Assembly: GCA_001771935.1 (NCBI GenBank) | Contig: MERD01000069.1 | Span: 70,517-134,516 of the forward strand | Direction of reading: 5' to 3' | DNA: 64,000 bases | DNA from: Betaproteobacteria bacterium RIFCSPLOWO2_02_FULL_67_26 | Lineage (GTDB): Bacteria > Pseudomonadota > Gammaproteobacteria > Burkholderiales > SG8-41 | In this document: positions 25,023-38,634 of the stretch, in pieces | How positions within the stretch are numbered: the stretch's first letter is position 1 | Layout: each line of letters opens with the position of its first letter | Position numbers and translations under genes: made by a program | Notes under the pieces: model-generated | Seen by the model: the letters and a program-made list of their open reading frames with translations, nothing else | The model's database searches: none | Told to the model about the DNA's origin: nothing

Positions 25023-26186
25023 ATGGCCGCGGCCCCGCTCACCATCGGTATCGTCGCCGGTGAAGCCTCCGGCGACCTGCTGGGCGCTCGCCTCATCGCG
25101 GCGCTGCGCGCGCACCTGCCCGACGCGCGCTACACCGGCATCGGCGGGCCGCGCATGCAATCCGCCGGCATGGAGGCACTCTACCCGATGGAAAAGCTGG
25201 CGGTGCGGGGATACGTCGAAGTATTGCGCCACTATCACGAAATCGCCGGCATCCGGCGCAGGCTGGCGGCGCACTTCCTGGAGCGACCCCCCGCGCTGTT
25301 CGTGGGCGTGGACGCGCCGGACTTCAACCTCGACCTCGAGCTCAAGCTGCGTTCGGCCGGCATTCCAACCGCGCATTTCGTCAGCCCCTCGATCTGGGCG
25401 TGGCGCGGCGGCCGCATGGGCAAGATCCGGCGCGCCGTCTCGAGGATGCTGGTGATCTTCCCGTTCGAGCAGGCGCTCTACGAGCAGGCGGGGGTCCCCG
25501 TGACCTACATCGGGCACCCGTTGGCGGAAATGCTGGCCCAGGCGCCGGGCCGGGCGGCGGCGCGCGAGCAGTTGCGGTTGCCGGCGGCCGCCAAGGTGAT
25601 CGCGCTGTTGCCCGGCAGCCGGGTGAGCGAACTCGAGCAGATGGCCGATCTGTTCCTCGACACTGCCGGCCAGATTGCGGCGACGGTTCCCGACGCGCTG
25701 TTCCTGGTGCCGCTCACGAACCGGCCCACCCGCGACTTGTTCGAGACCGCGCGCTATCGCCGGGACCGCGGAGAGCTGAACGTGACGGTGCTGTTCGGTC
25801 ATGCGCACGAGGCGATGGCGGCAGCGGACATCGTGCTCGCGGCGTCCGGCACGGCGACCCTGGAGGCCGCTCTGCTCGGGCGCCCGATGGTGATCGCGTA
25901 CCGCATGCCGCGCGCGTCGTGGTGGATCATGAACAACCGCCGCTACCAGCCGTACGTCGGGCTGCCCAATATCCTGGCCGGTGAATTCGTCGTGCCGGAG
26001 TTCCTGCAGGACGAAGCAACGCCCGAAAACCTCTCGCAAGCAGCGCTGAATATCCTGTTCGACCGCACCGTGCATGCCGGTCTCGCGTCGCGCTTCGGCG
26101 CACTGGCGGCGGAACTGCGGCAGAACAGCGCCGAGCGCATTGCCGGGGCGCTGCTCCCCCTGCTGGAAGGAAGGGCGCCGGCATGA
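25023..26186 (+). CDS. lpxB: Lipid-A-disaccharide synthase
   Basis: ATG at 25023 ([28 protein letters not shown]). GT-B fold protein at the conserved lpxA-lpxB-rnhB position. Confidence 0.93.
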   Translation: MAAAPLTIGIVAGEASGDLLGARLIAALRAHLPDARYTGIGGPRMQSAGMEALYPMEKLAVRGYVEVLRHYHEIAGIRRRLAAHFLERPPALFVGVDAPDFNLDLELKLRSAGIPTAHFVSPSIWAWRGGRMGKIRRAVSRMLVIFPFEQALYEQAGVPVTYIGHPLAEMLAQAPGRAAAREQLRLPAAAKVIALLPGSRVSELEQMADLFLDTAGQIAATVPDALFLVPLTNRPTRDLFETARYRRDRGELNVTVLFGHAHEAMAAADIVLAASGTATLEAALLGRPMVIAYRMPRASWWIMNNRRYQPYVGLPNILAGEFVVPEFLQDEATPENLSQAALNILFDRTVHAGLASRFGALAAELRQNSAERIAGALLPLLEGRAPA

Positions 26187-26761
26187 CCCTCGTCTGCGGG
26201 GTTGACGAGGCAGGGCGGGGGCCACTGGCCGGCCCGGTGCTCGCCGCCGCGGTGATCCTCGACGCCGGCCGTCCCATTGAGGGCCTGGCCGACTCGAAAC
26301 AGCTCACTTCGCGCCAGCGCGAATCGCGGGCGCGGGAGATCCGCGCCCGCGCTCTCGCCTGGTCGGTGGCGAGCGCCAGCGTCGAGGAAATCGACGCACT
26401 CAACATCCTGCAGGCGAGCCTGCTCGCCATGCGCCGGGCGGTGGAAATGCTGGCGGTGAAGCCGGAGCAGGTGCTGGTGGACGGGCTCCACCGTCCGCTT
26501 ATGGACATCCCGGTCCGGGCCATCGTGAAGGGCGACACGAAAGTGGCGGCCATCTCCGCCGCATCCATCCTGGCCAAGGTGGCGCGGGACGACGAAATGC
26601 GGGCGCTGCATCGCCGGTATCCCGAGTACGGGTTCGACCGCCACAAGGGCTATCCCACCCCGGCGCACCTTGCCGCGTTGTTGGAGCACGGCGTGTCGGT
26701 AGTGCACCGGCGCACCTTCGCGCCGGTGCGCGCGTTGCTCGGCATCGGCCAGCAGGCCTGA
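26183..26761 (+). CDS. rnhB: Ribonuclease HII
   Basis: [14 protein letters not shown] and ADSKQLT catalytic motifs. Its ATG overlaps the lpxB stop (ATGA). Confidence 0.95.
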   Translation: MTLVCGVDEAGRGPLAGPVLAAAVILDAGRPIEGLADSKQLTSRQRESRAREIRARALAWSVASASVEEIDALNILQASLLAMRRAVEMLAVKPEQVLVDGLHRPLMDIPVRAIVKGDTKVAAISAASILAKVARDDEMRALHRRYPEYGFDRHKGYPTPAHLAALLEHGVSVVHRRTFAPVRALLGIGQQA

Positions 26762-26771
26762 TGCTCGCCGG

Positions 26772-27719
26772 CTAGGAGAATTCCGAGAGCAGAATTTTCA
26801 GCGCGTTGCGTTCGCTCCGTGGCGTGACCAGGGCGCGGCGCGACCGGCACTGGGACCGCAGCGTGCGATAGAACTCCGGTTCGCTCTCGACCCGCCACAA
26901 GAGCCGGGCGAGCGCGCGCTCGTCCTCGACCGGGTAGTACCCGGCGTAGCGCCGGCCGAGCATTCCGATGTTCCCCGGGATGCGGGACGCGATTACCGGC
27001 ACGCCCGCGGCGATCGCCTCCGACACCACGTTCGCGCCGCCCTCCATCCGGGAGCTGATCACCATGAGGCGGCTGCGTGCGAGCAGGCGAAGCGCTTTCC
27101 CGTGCGAGACGCCGCCGAGCCAGGTGTAGCGGGGTTCGCGCGCGGCCCAGGAACGCGCGGCTCTTTCCATTTCGGCGCTCATGGCGGCGCCGATGTGGGT
27201 GATCCGTATGCGGCTCTCCGGCGGCAGTCGCGCCGCCGCCATGGCGGCCCGAAAGGGGTCCTTTTCTTCCCGCAGGTGTCCGCTCACCACGACCTCGAAG
27301 CAGCGCTTCAGCGCGGGCGGCGGCGTTGCGGTAGGCGCCGACTGGTAGATGACCCGGCATTTTCGCCGCAAGTCCGACGCCAGCTCGGCGCATCCCTGTT
27401 CCTGCAGCACCACGAGCCGCGTGGCGAGCCGCATGGAGTCCTGCGCACTCGCATCGCGGCGAATATCGCGATAAAGGTCGGTACCGGTCAGCACCAGGAT
27501 CAACGGCCGGTCGGGATGGTCGGCGGCAAACCGGCTCGCCGGATCGTGGCTGCGGCGGGCGTGCAGGGCGATCATCAGGTCCGCGGGTGTCCCGTCCCAG
27601 GCGAGCGCGACCCGGACGTGATGGCCGAGGCCGCGCAGCAACGTGGCCCAGCGCGCGGCGGTGTGGCGGTTGCCGTGGTGCGAACCCGACGCGGCTGGCG
27701 TGACGATGACGATTTTCAC
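26772..27719 (-). CDS. senB: GT1/GT-B glycosyltransferase-like protein of the SenB (selenosugar synthase, TIGR04348-like) type
   Basis: GTG start at 27719. N-terminus KIVIVTPAASGSHHGNRHTAARWATLLRGLGHHV and C-terminal GT1 motif EGGANVVSEAIAAGVPVIASRIPGN. It is divergently paired with an EgtB-family gene. Family assignment is from memory of the family signature, not from a search. Confidence 0.6.
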   Translation of the reverse strand: MKIVIVTPAASGSHHGNRHTAARWATLLRGLGHHVRVALAWDGTPADLMIALHARRSHDPASRFAADHPDRPLILVLTGTDLYRDIRRDASAQDSMRLATRLVVLQEQGCAELASDLRRKCRVIYQSAPTATPPPALKRCFEVVVSGHLREEKDPFRAAMAAARLPPESRIRITHIGAAMSAEMERAARSWAAREPRYTWLGGVSHGKALRLLARSRLMVISSRMEGGANVVSEAIAAGVPVIASRIPGNIGMLGRRYAGYYPVEDERALARLLWRVESEPEFYRTLRSQCRSRRALVTPRSERNALKILLSEFS

Positions 27720-27767
27720 CAGGCAGTCTTGACGTTACACTTCCAGACTATTTTCGCATGACTGCCG

Positions 27768-29066
27768 ATGGGATATCCCGCCTTGCCCGACGCTGTAACG
27801 CTCAGGAGCATGCTGCTTGCCGCGCGCGAACGGACGCTCGAATACGCTCGCGCGCTGACCGGCCCGCAGCTCCTCGGCCCCAGGCTCGCCATCGTCAACC
27901 CGCCGCTGTGGGAAATCGGCCATGTGGGATGGTTCCAGGAGCACTGGTGTCTGCGCTACCGGCCGGGGAACGGAAAGGCGCCACCGCTGATCGGGAATGG
28001 CGACGCCCTCTACGATTCGGCTGCGGTCGCGCACGGCGTCCGCTGGGACCTGCCGCTGCCCGGGCTCGAGCCCACCCTCGATTACCTTGGCCGGGTGCTG
28101 GACGACGTGCTCGAGCGGCTTGACCGGGAAGGCGCCGCCGGGGAACTCGGCTATTTTCTGCAGCTGGCGGCGTTTCACGAGGAAATGCACTGCGAGGCCT
28201 TTACCTGCACCCGGCAGACTTTGGGTTACCGGGGACCGGGGCAAGCCGCGTCGACGCGCCCTCACGCGCCGGCGGGCGCATGGCCGGGCGACGCCGAGAT
28301 CGCAGGCGGCGAATTCCGGCTCGGCGCCGACCCGGGGCAGGGGGGCTTCGTGTTCGACAATGAGAAATGGATGCACCGCGTCGATGTGCTGCCGTTCCGC
28401 ATCGCGCGCGCCCCCGTCACCCAATCCGAATTCGCGGCCTTCGTCGCCGAGGACGGCTACGCTCGTCGCGAGCTGTGGAGCGCAGAGGGATGGCAATGGC
28501 GCGAGCGGGCAGGCGCGCGGGTGCCGCTGTACTGGACGCGGAACGGCGGCGGCTGGTCAAGGCGCGTATTCGACGATGACCAGCCGCTGGCGCCTAATGC
28601 TCCGATGGTCCACGTGAACGGGCACGAGGCCGACGCCTGGTGCCGCTGGGCCGGACGGCGACTGCCGACCGAAGCCGAATGGGAATGCGCCGCTGCAACC
28701 GCGCCGGGATTGCCCGGGAAGCGCCGTTTTCCCTGGGGAGAAACGGCCCCTGCAGCCCAGGCTAACCTGTTCGGGGTCAGCGGCACCTGTGCCGACGTGG
28801 CTGCGTTCGGCGAAGGTGACAGCGGCTGGGGATGCCGGCAGATGTTCGGTAACGTATGGGAATGGACCGCCGATGCGTTCGGGCCGTATCCGGGCTTCGT
28901 AGCGGATCCCTACAGGGAGTACTCCGAACCCTGGTTCGGCGACCACAGGGTGCTGCGCGGAGGCTGCTTCGCGACGCGGGCCGGCCTGCTGCGCAATACC
29001 TGGCGCAACTTCTACACTCCGGACCGGCGCGACGTGTTCGCCGGCATCCGGACCTGTGCCCTGTGA
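27768..29066 (+). CDS. senA: EgtB-family iron-dependent C-S/C-Se bond-forming enzyme (SenA selenoneine synthase-like)
   Basis: DinB-like N-domain with a putative 3-His site (WEIGHVGWFQEHW ... AAFHEEMH). C-terminal FGE-sulfatase-type domain (MVHVNGHEADAWCRWAGRRLPTEAEWE ... RVLRGGCFATRAG). Confidence 0.6.
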   Translation: MGYPALPDAVTLRSMLLAARERTLEYARALTGPQLLGPRLAIVNPPLWEIGHVGWFQEHWCLRYRPGNGKAPPLIGNGDALYDSAAVAHGVRWDLPLPGLEPTLDYLGRVLDDVLERLDREGAAGELGYFLQLAAFHEEMHCEAFTCTRQTLGYRGPGQAASTRPHAPAGAWPGDAEIAGGEFRLGADPGQGGFVFDNEKWMHRVDVLPFRIARAPVTQSEFAAFVAEDGYARRELWSAEGWQWRERAGARVPLYWTRNGGGWSRRVFDDDQPLAPNAPMVHVNGHEADAWCRWAGRRLPTEAEWECAAATAPGLPGKRRFPWGETAPAAQANLFGVSGTCADVAAFGEGDSGWGCRQMFGNVWEWTADAFGPYPGFVADPYREYSEPWFGDHRVLRGGCFATRAGLLRNTWRNFYTPDRRDVFAGIRTCAL

Positions 29067-29866
29067 AGTCCGTCAATTCTTCCGGCAACGCGCGCTACAA
29101 GTCGCTGCGCCGCCTCATCGAATCGTCGCAGGAACGCAAGCGCACCGGCCTCTCGGTGCTCGACGGCGCGCATCTGGTGGCCGCGTATCTCGCCCATGCC
29201 GGGCGCCCGGAGCAGGTGGCGATCAGCCGCTCCGGCGCGGCAAATCCCGAGATTCGCGCGTTGCTGGCAAGAATGGAACGGACAGAGGTCATAGCGCTGG
29301 GCGACGCCCTGTTCAAGAGTCTCTCGCCGGTCGTGACGCCGACCGGCATTCTGGCCCTGGTCAGGACCCCGCGCGAACTGCCCGTCCCGCAGGACATGGA
29401 CGCCTGCGTCATGCTGGAGGACTTGCAGGACCCGGGGAACCTGGGCTCCATTCTGCGCACCTGCGCGGCCGCAGGCATGAAGCACGTGCTGCTGTCGCGC
29501 GGCTCGGTGCACGCCTGGTCACCGCGGGTGCTGCGCGCGGCCATGGGCGCGCATTTCGCGCTCGGTATCCATGAACAGGCGGATTTGCGGGACGTTGCGC
29601 GCGTCTTTCCCGGCAGGCTGATCGCGACCCGGCAGCGGGCGCCGCAGACCGTCTTCGATCTCGATCTGAAAGGCAAGGTAGCGCTCTTGTTCGGGAACGA
29701 GGGCGCCGGGCTGAGCGCCGGGCTCCAGCAGGCGGCGCACGCGGTGGTCTCGATCCCGATGGCGGGCAAAGCCGAATCGCTCAACGTCGCGGCCGCCGCC
29801 GCGGTGTGCCTGTTCGAGCGGGTGCGGCAACTTCGAGTGACGGCTGACGAAGCCGCTTGCAGCTAG
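29063..29866 (+). CDS. TrmH/SpoU-family RNA 2'-O-methyltransferase
   Basis: SpoU motifs [32 protein letters not shown] and [18 protein letters not shown]. The only plausible start is GTG at 29063, overlapping the upstream stop (GTGA). Confidence 0.85.
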   Translation: MKSVNSSGNARYKSLRRLIESSQERKRTGLSVLDGAHLVAAYLAHAGRPEQVAISRSGAANPEIRALLARMERTEVIALGDALFKSLSPVVTPTGILALVRTPRELPVPQDMDACVMLEDLQDPGNLGSILRTCAAAGMKHVLLSRGSVHAWSPRVLRAAMGAHFALGIHEQADLRDVARVFPGRLIATRQRAPQTVFDLDLKGKVALLFGNEGAGLSAGLQQAAHAVVSIPMAGKAESLNVAAAAAVCLFERVRQLRVTADEAACS

Positions 29867-30687
29867 TAGATCCGGCGCACGAGCTTTGCCTCGTGCAGGA
29901 TCGTGGTGGCGAGCTCCTCGACCGATTTGCTGGTGGCATCCAGATAGGGGATGCCCTCCTGCCGCATCAGGGCTTCGGCCTCGCGCACCTCGAACTCGCA
30001 GTTGGCGAGCGTCGCGTACTGGCTGCCTGGCCGGCGCTCGTTGCGGATCTGCTGCAGCCGCTCGGGCCTGATGGTAAGCCCGTAGAGCTTGCCGCGCAGC
30101 GACCGCAGCTGGGACGGCAACTGCATGCTGCTGAAGTCCTCCGGGATGAGCGGGTAATTGGCGGCGCTGATCCCGTACTGCATCGCGAGGTAGAGGCAGG
30201 TCGGCGTTTTTCCGGAGCGCGAAACCCCGACCAGGACGATGTCGGCGTCGCTCAAGTCGCGGTTGGAGACGCCGTCGTCGTGCGACAGCGTGTAATTCAC
30301 CGATTCGATGCGGTGGTGGTAGTTGACGAAATCCGCGACGTTGTGCGTGCGGCCGATGGCATGGGACGCCCTCAACCCGAACTCGCGCTCGAGCGGCGAG
30401 ATGAAGATCTCGAAGCAGTCCAGAAACAACGCCTTGGCCTGGCCGATGACTTGAGCGATTTCCGTGCGGGCCAGGGTGCTGATCACGATCGGCCGCGTGC
30501 CGTCGTCCTCGCCCTGCAGGTTGATCTGCTTGACGACTTCATGGGCCTTTTCCAGGGAATCCACGAACGGCAGCGTCACCTCGTTCAGGCGCACGCCGTC
30601 GAACTGGGTGAGCAGGCTGTGTCCCAGCATCTCGGCGGTAATGCCGGTGCGGTCGGATACGAAGAATGCGGTGCGTTTCGGCGTCAT
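29863..30687 (-). CDS. ppsR: Phosphoenolpyruvate synthase regulatory protein (bifunctional kinase/pyrophosphorylase, DUF299)
   Basis: ATG at 30687 ([29 protein letters not shown]). P-loop [18 protein letters not shown]. Divergent from ppsA. Confidence 0.92.
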   Translation of the reverse strand: MTPKRTAFFVSDRTGITAEMLGHSLLTQFDGVRLNEVTLPFVDSLEKAHEVVKQINLQGEDDGTRPIVISTLARTEIAQVIGQAKALFLDCFEIFISPLEREFGLRASHAIGRTHNVADFVNYHHRIESVNYTLSHDDGVSNRDLSDADIVLVGVSRSGKTPTCLYLAMQYGISAANYPLIPEDFSSMQLPSQLRSLRGKLYGLTIRPERLQQIRNERRPGSQYATLANCEFEVREAEALMRQEGIPYLDATSKSVEELATTILHEAKLVRRIY

Positions 30688-30727
30688 TGGGGCTGTCGGA
30701 ACCGGGTTTTGCCGGTAAAATAATACC

Positions 30728-30759
30728 CTTTCCTGCATTGCACAATTCGCTTTCCTGCA
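30728..30759 (+). repeat. Direct repeat CTTTCCTGCA x2 (30728-30737 and 30750-30759) in the ppsR/ppsA divergent intergenic region
   Basis: Two identical 10-mers with a 22-bp centre-to-centre spacing. The second ends 4 nt before the ppsA ATG at 30764. Confidence 0.6.
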
Positions 30760-30763
30760 GCAT

Positions 30764-34899
<4,136 letters not shown>

Positions 34900-34910
34900 G
34901 AGGCCGCGCC

Positions 34911-37123
<2,213 letters not shown>

Positions 37124-37140
37124 GGCGAGAGGTGTGAGGC

Positions 37141-37449
37141 GTGAAGGTGCTGACCCTGACGCTCGCGACGCTCATAGCCCTGATCCAGTATCCGCTGTGG
37201 CTCGGCAAGGGCAGCTGGCTGCGGGTCTGGGAAGTGGACCAGCAGATCCGCGCGCAGCGCGAAACCAACCGCCAGCTGCAGGCCCGCAATAACGCGCTCG
37301 AGGCCGAAGTGCGCGATCTCAAGGTGGGGCTGGAAGCGGTCGAGGAGCGGGCGCGCAGCGAGTTCGGCATGATCCGGCAGGACGAGATTTTTTACCAGGT
37401 GCTCGACGTTGCGCCGCCCGCCCGCGTTCCCGGGCCCGCGCGGCCCTGA
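37141..37449 (+). CDS. ftsB: Cell division protein FtsB
   Basis: GTG start. N-terminal TM helix followed by a leucine-zipper-like coiled coil ([27 protein letters not shown]). Located at the conserved eno-ftsB position. Confidence 0.85.
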   Translation: MKVLTLTLATLIALIQYPLWLGKGSWLRVWEVDQQIRAQRETNRQLQARNNALEAEVRDLKVGLEAVEERARSEFGMIRQDEIFYQVLDVAPPARVPGPARP

Positions 37450-37450
37450 C

Positions 37451-38335
37451 ATGAGCGCGTCACGGGGAGCAGGCCCCGCCACGGTCATCGACGGGGTAGC
37501 CGCCGCGCGCGAAGTCCATGCCCGGCTCAGGGCCCGCGTTGCGGCGCTCGCCGGATCGAACGTCCGTCCCGGCCTCGCCGCGATCATGGTGGGCGACAAT
37601 CCCGCCTCGAAGATTTATCTCCGCAACAAGGTGCGGGCCTGCGACGAGACCGGTGTCCGTTCCGAGGTTCACGGCTTGCCGGCCGACGCCCCGGCGTCCG
37701 CCGTGCTCGCGACGTTGGAGAGCCTCAATCGCGACGCGCAGGTGCACGGCATTTTGCTGCAGCTGCCGTTGCCGCCCCATCTCGACGCCGAGCGCATCAT
37801 GCAGAACCTCGCCCCGGAAAAGGATGTCGACGGTCTCACCTGGGCGAGCCTCGGAGCGCTCGTCACCGGGCGGGCGGCATACGAGCCCTGCACACCGGCC
37901 GGCGTGATCGCCTTGCTGGAGCGCGCCGGCGTGGTCCTGGACGGCCGGGACGCGGTGGTGGTCGGGCGCAGCGCCATCGTCGGCAAGCCGATGGCGCTGA
38001 TGCTGATGGCGCGCGGCGCAACCGTGACGATCTGCCACAGCCGCACGCGGGACCTCGCGGACCATACGCGGCGCGCCGACGTGCTGGTGGCTGCCGTCGG
38101 CCGGGCGCGGCTCATTACCGGGGACATGGTGAAGCCCGGCGCGGCGGTGATCGACGTCGGCATCAACCGGCTGCCGGACGGAAAGCTCGCCGGCGACGTC
38201 GATTTCGAGGCGGTGCGCAAAGTCGCCGGGTGGGTCACGCCGGTGCCGGGCGGCGTCGGGCCGATGACCGTCGCCATGGCCATTGTCAACACGGTCCGTG
38301 CCGCTGAACGCAGCGTCGAGTTGCGGCCGGCATGA
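37451..38335 (+). CDS. folD: Bifunctional methylenetetrahydrofolate dehydrogenase/methenyltetrahydrofolate cyclohydrolase
   Basis: ATG at 37451. SKIYLRNKVRACDETG, VVVGRSAIVGKPMALML and TPVPGGVGPMTVAM. Confidence 0.95.
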   Translation: MSASRGAGPATVIDGVAAAREVHARLRARVAALAGSNVRPGLAAIMVGDNPASKIYLRNKVRACDETGVRSEVHGLPADAPASAVLATLESLNRDAQVHGILLQLPLPPHLDAERIMQNLAPEKDVDGLTWASLGALVTGRAAYEPCTPAGVIALLERAGVVLDGRDAVVVGRSAIVGKPMALMLMARGATVTICHSRTRDLADHTRRADVLVAAVGRARLITGDMVKPGAAVIDVGINRLPDGKLAGDVDFEAVRKVAGWVTPVPGGVGPMTVAMAIVNTVRAAERSVELRPA

Positions 38336-38348
38336 CGCCCGGCGGGAC

Positions 38349-38495
38349 TCAGCACGAAAAGCTGTTCGAGAAATTCAGCAGCAGATCCGGACTGAGGTAA
38401 CCGCGAAACGCCAGATAGGCGACGAGGGCGGCCAGCGTGGCGAGTATCAGCCACAGCAGGAGGCGTTTCCCCTGGGTCATGTGAACGTTGAGCAT
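38349..38495 (-). CDS. Hypothetical 48-aa single-pass membrane protein
   Basis: ATG at 38495, 7 nt after a canonical GGAGG (plus-strand CCTCC at 38503-38507). MLNVHMTQGKRLLLWLILATLAALVAYLAFRGYLSPDLLLNFSNSFSC contains one clear hydrophobic helix. I recognised no homology. Confidence 0.35.
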   Translation of the reverse strand: MLNVHMTQGKRLLLWLILATLAALVAYLAFRGYLSPDLLLNFSNSFSC

Positions 38496-38595
38496 CGCGC
38501 CGCCTCCATTATTGCACAGGACCCTGCGGGCCCGGCGCTGTCGCGGGCGCCGCATATGAATAGAAGTCGCGGTTATGAGCCGGCGCGCAACCGGT

Positions 38596-38604
38596 TGATA
38601 TAAT
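38596..38604 (+). promoter_or_regulatory. Extended -10 promoter element TGATATAAT upstream of the 1177-aa oxidoreductase gene
   Basis: Perfect TGnTATAAT (TG at 38596-38597, TATAAT at 38599-38604) in the only AT-rich patch of the intergenic region. It ends 30 nt upstream of the first possible start codon (TTG 38635). There is no good -35 element, consistent with the extended -10 type. Confidence 0.4.
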
Positions 38605-38634
38605 TTTCTGTTTTCATCCGGACCGGCTCGAACA

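Noticed and set aside
27729-27754. A TTGACG -35-like hexamer in the 48-bp senB/senA intergenic region.
   Set aside because: No -10-like hexamer lies at 16-19 bp spacing. The nearest candidates (GACTAT, TATTTT) are only 11-14 bp away. I did not call it as a promoter.
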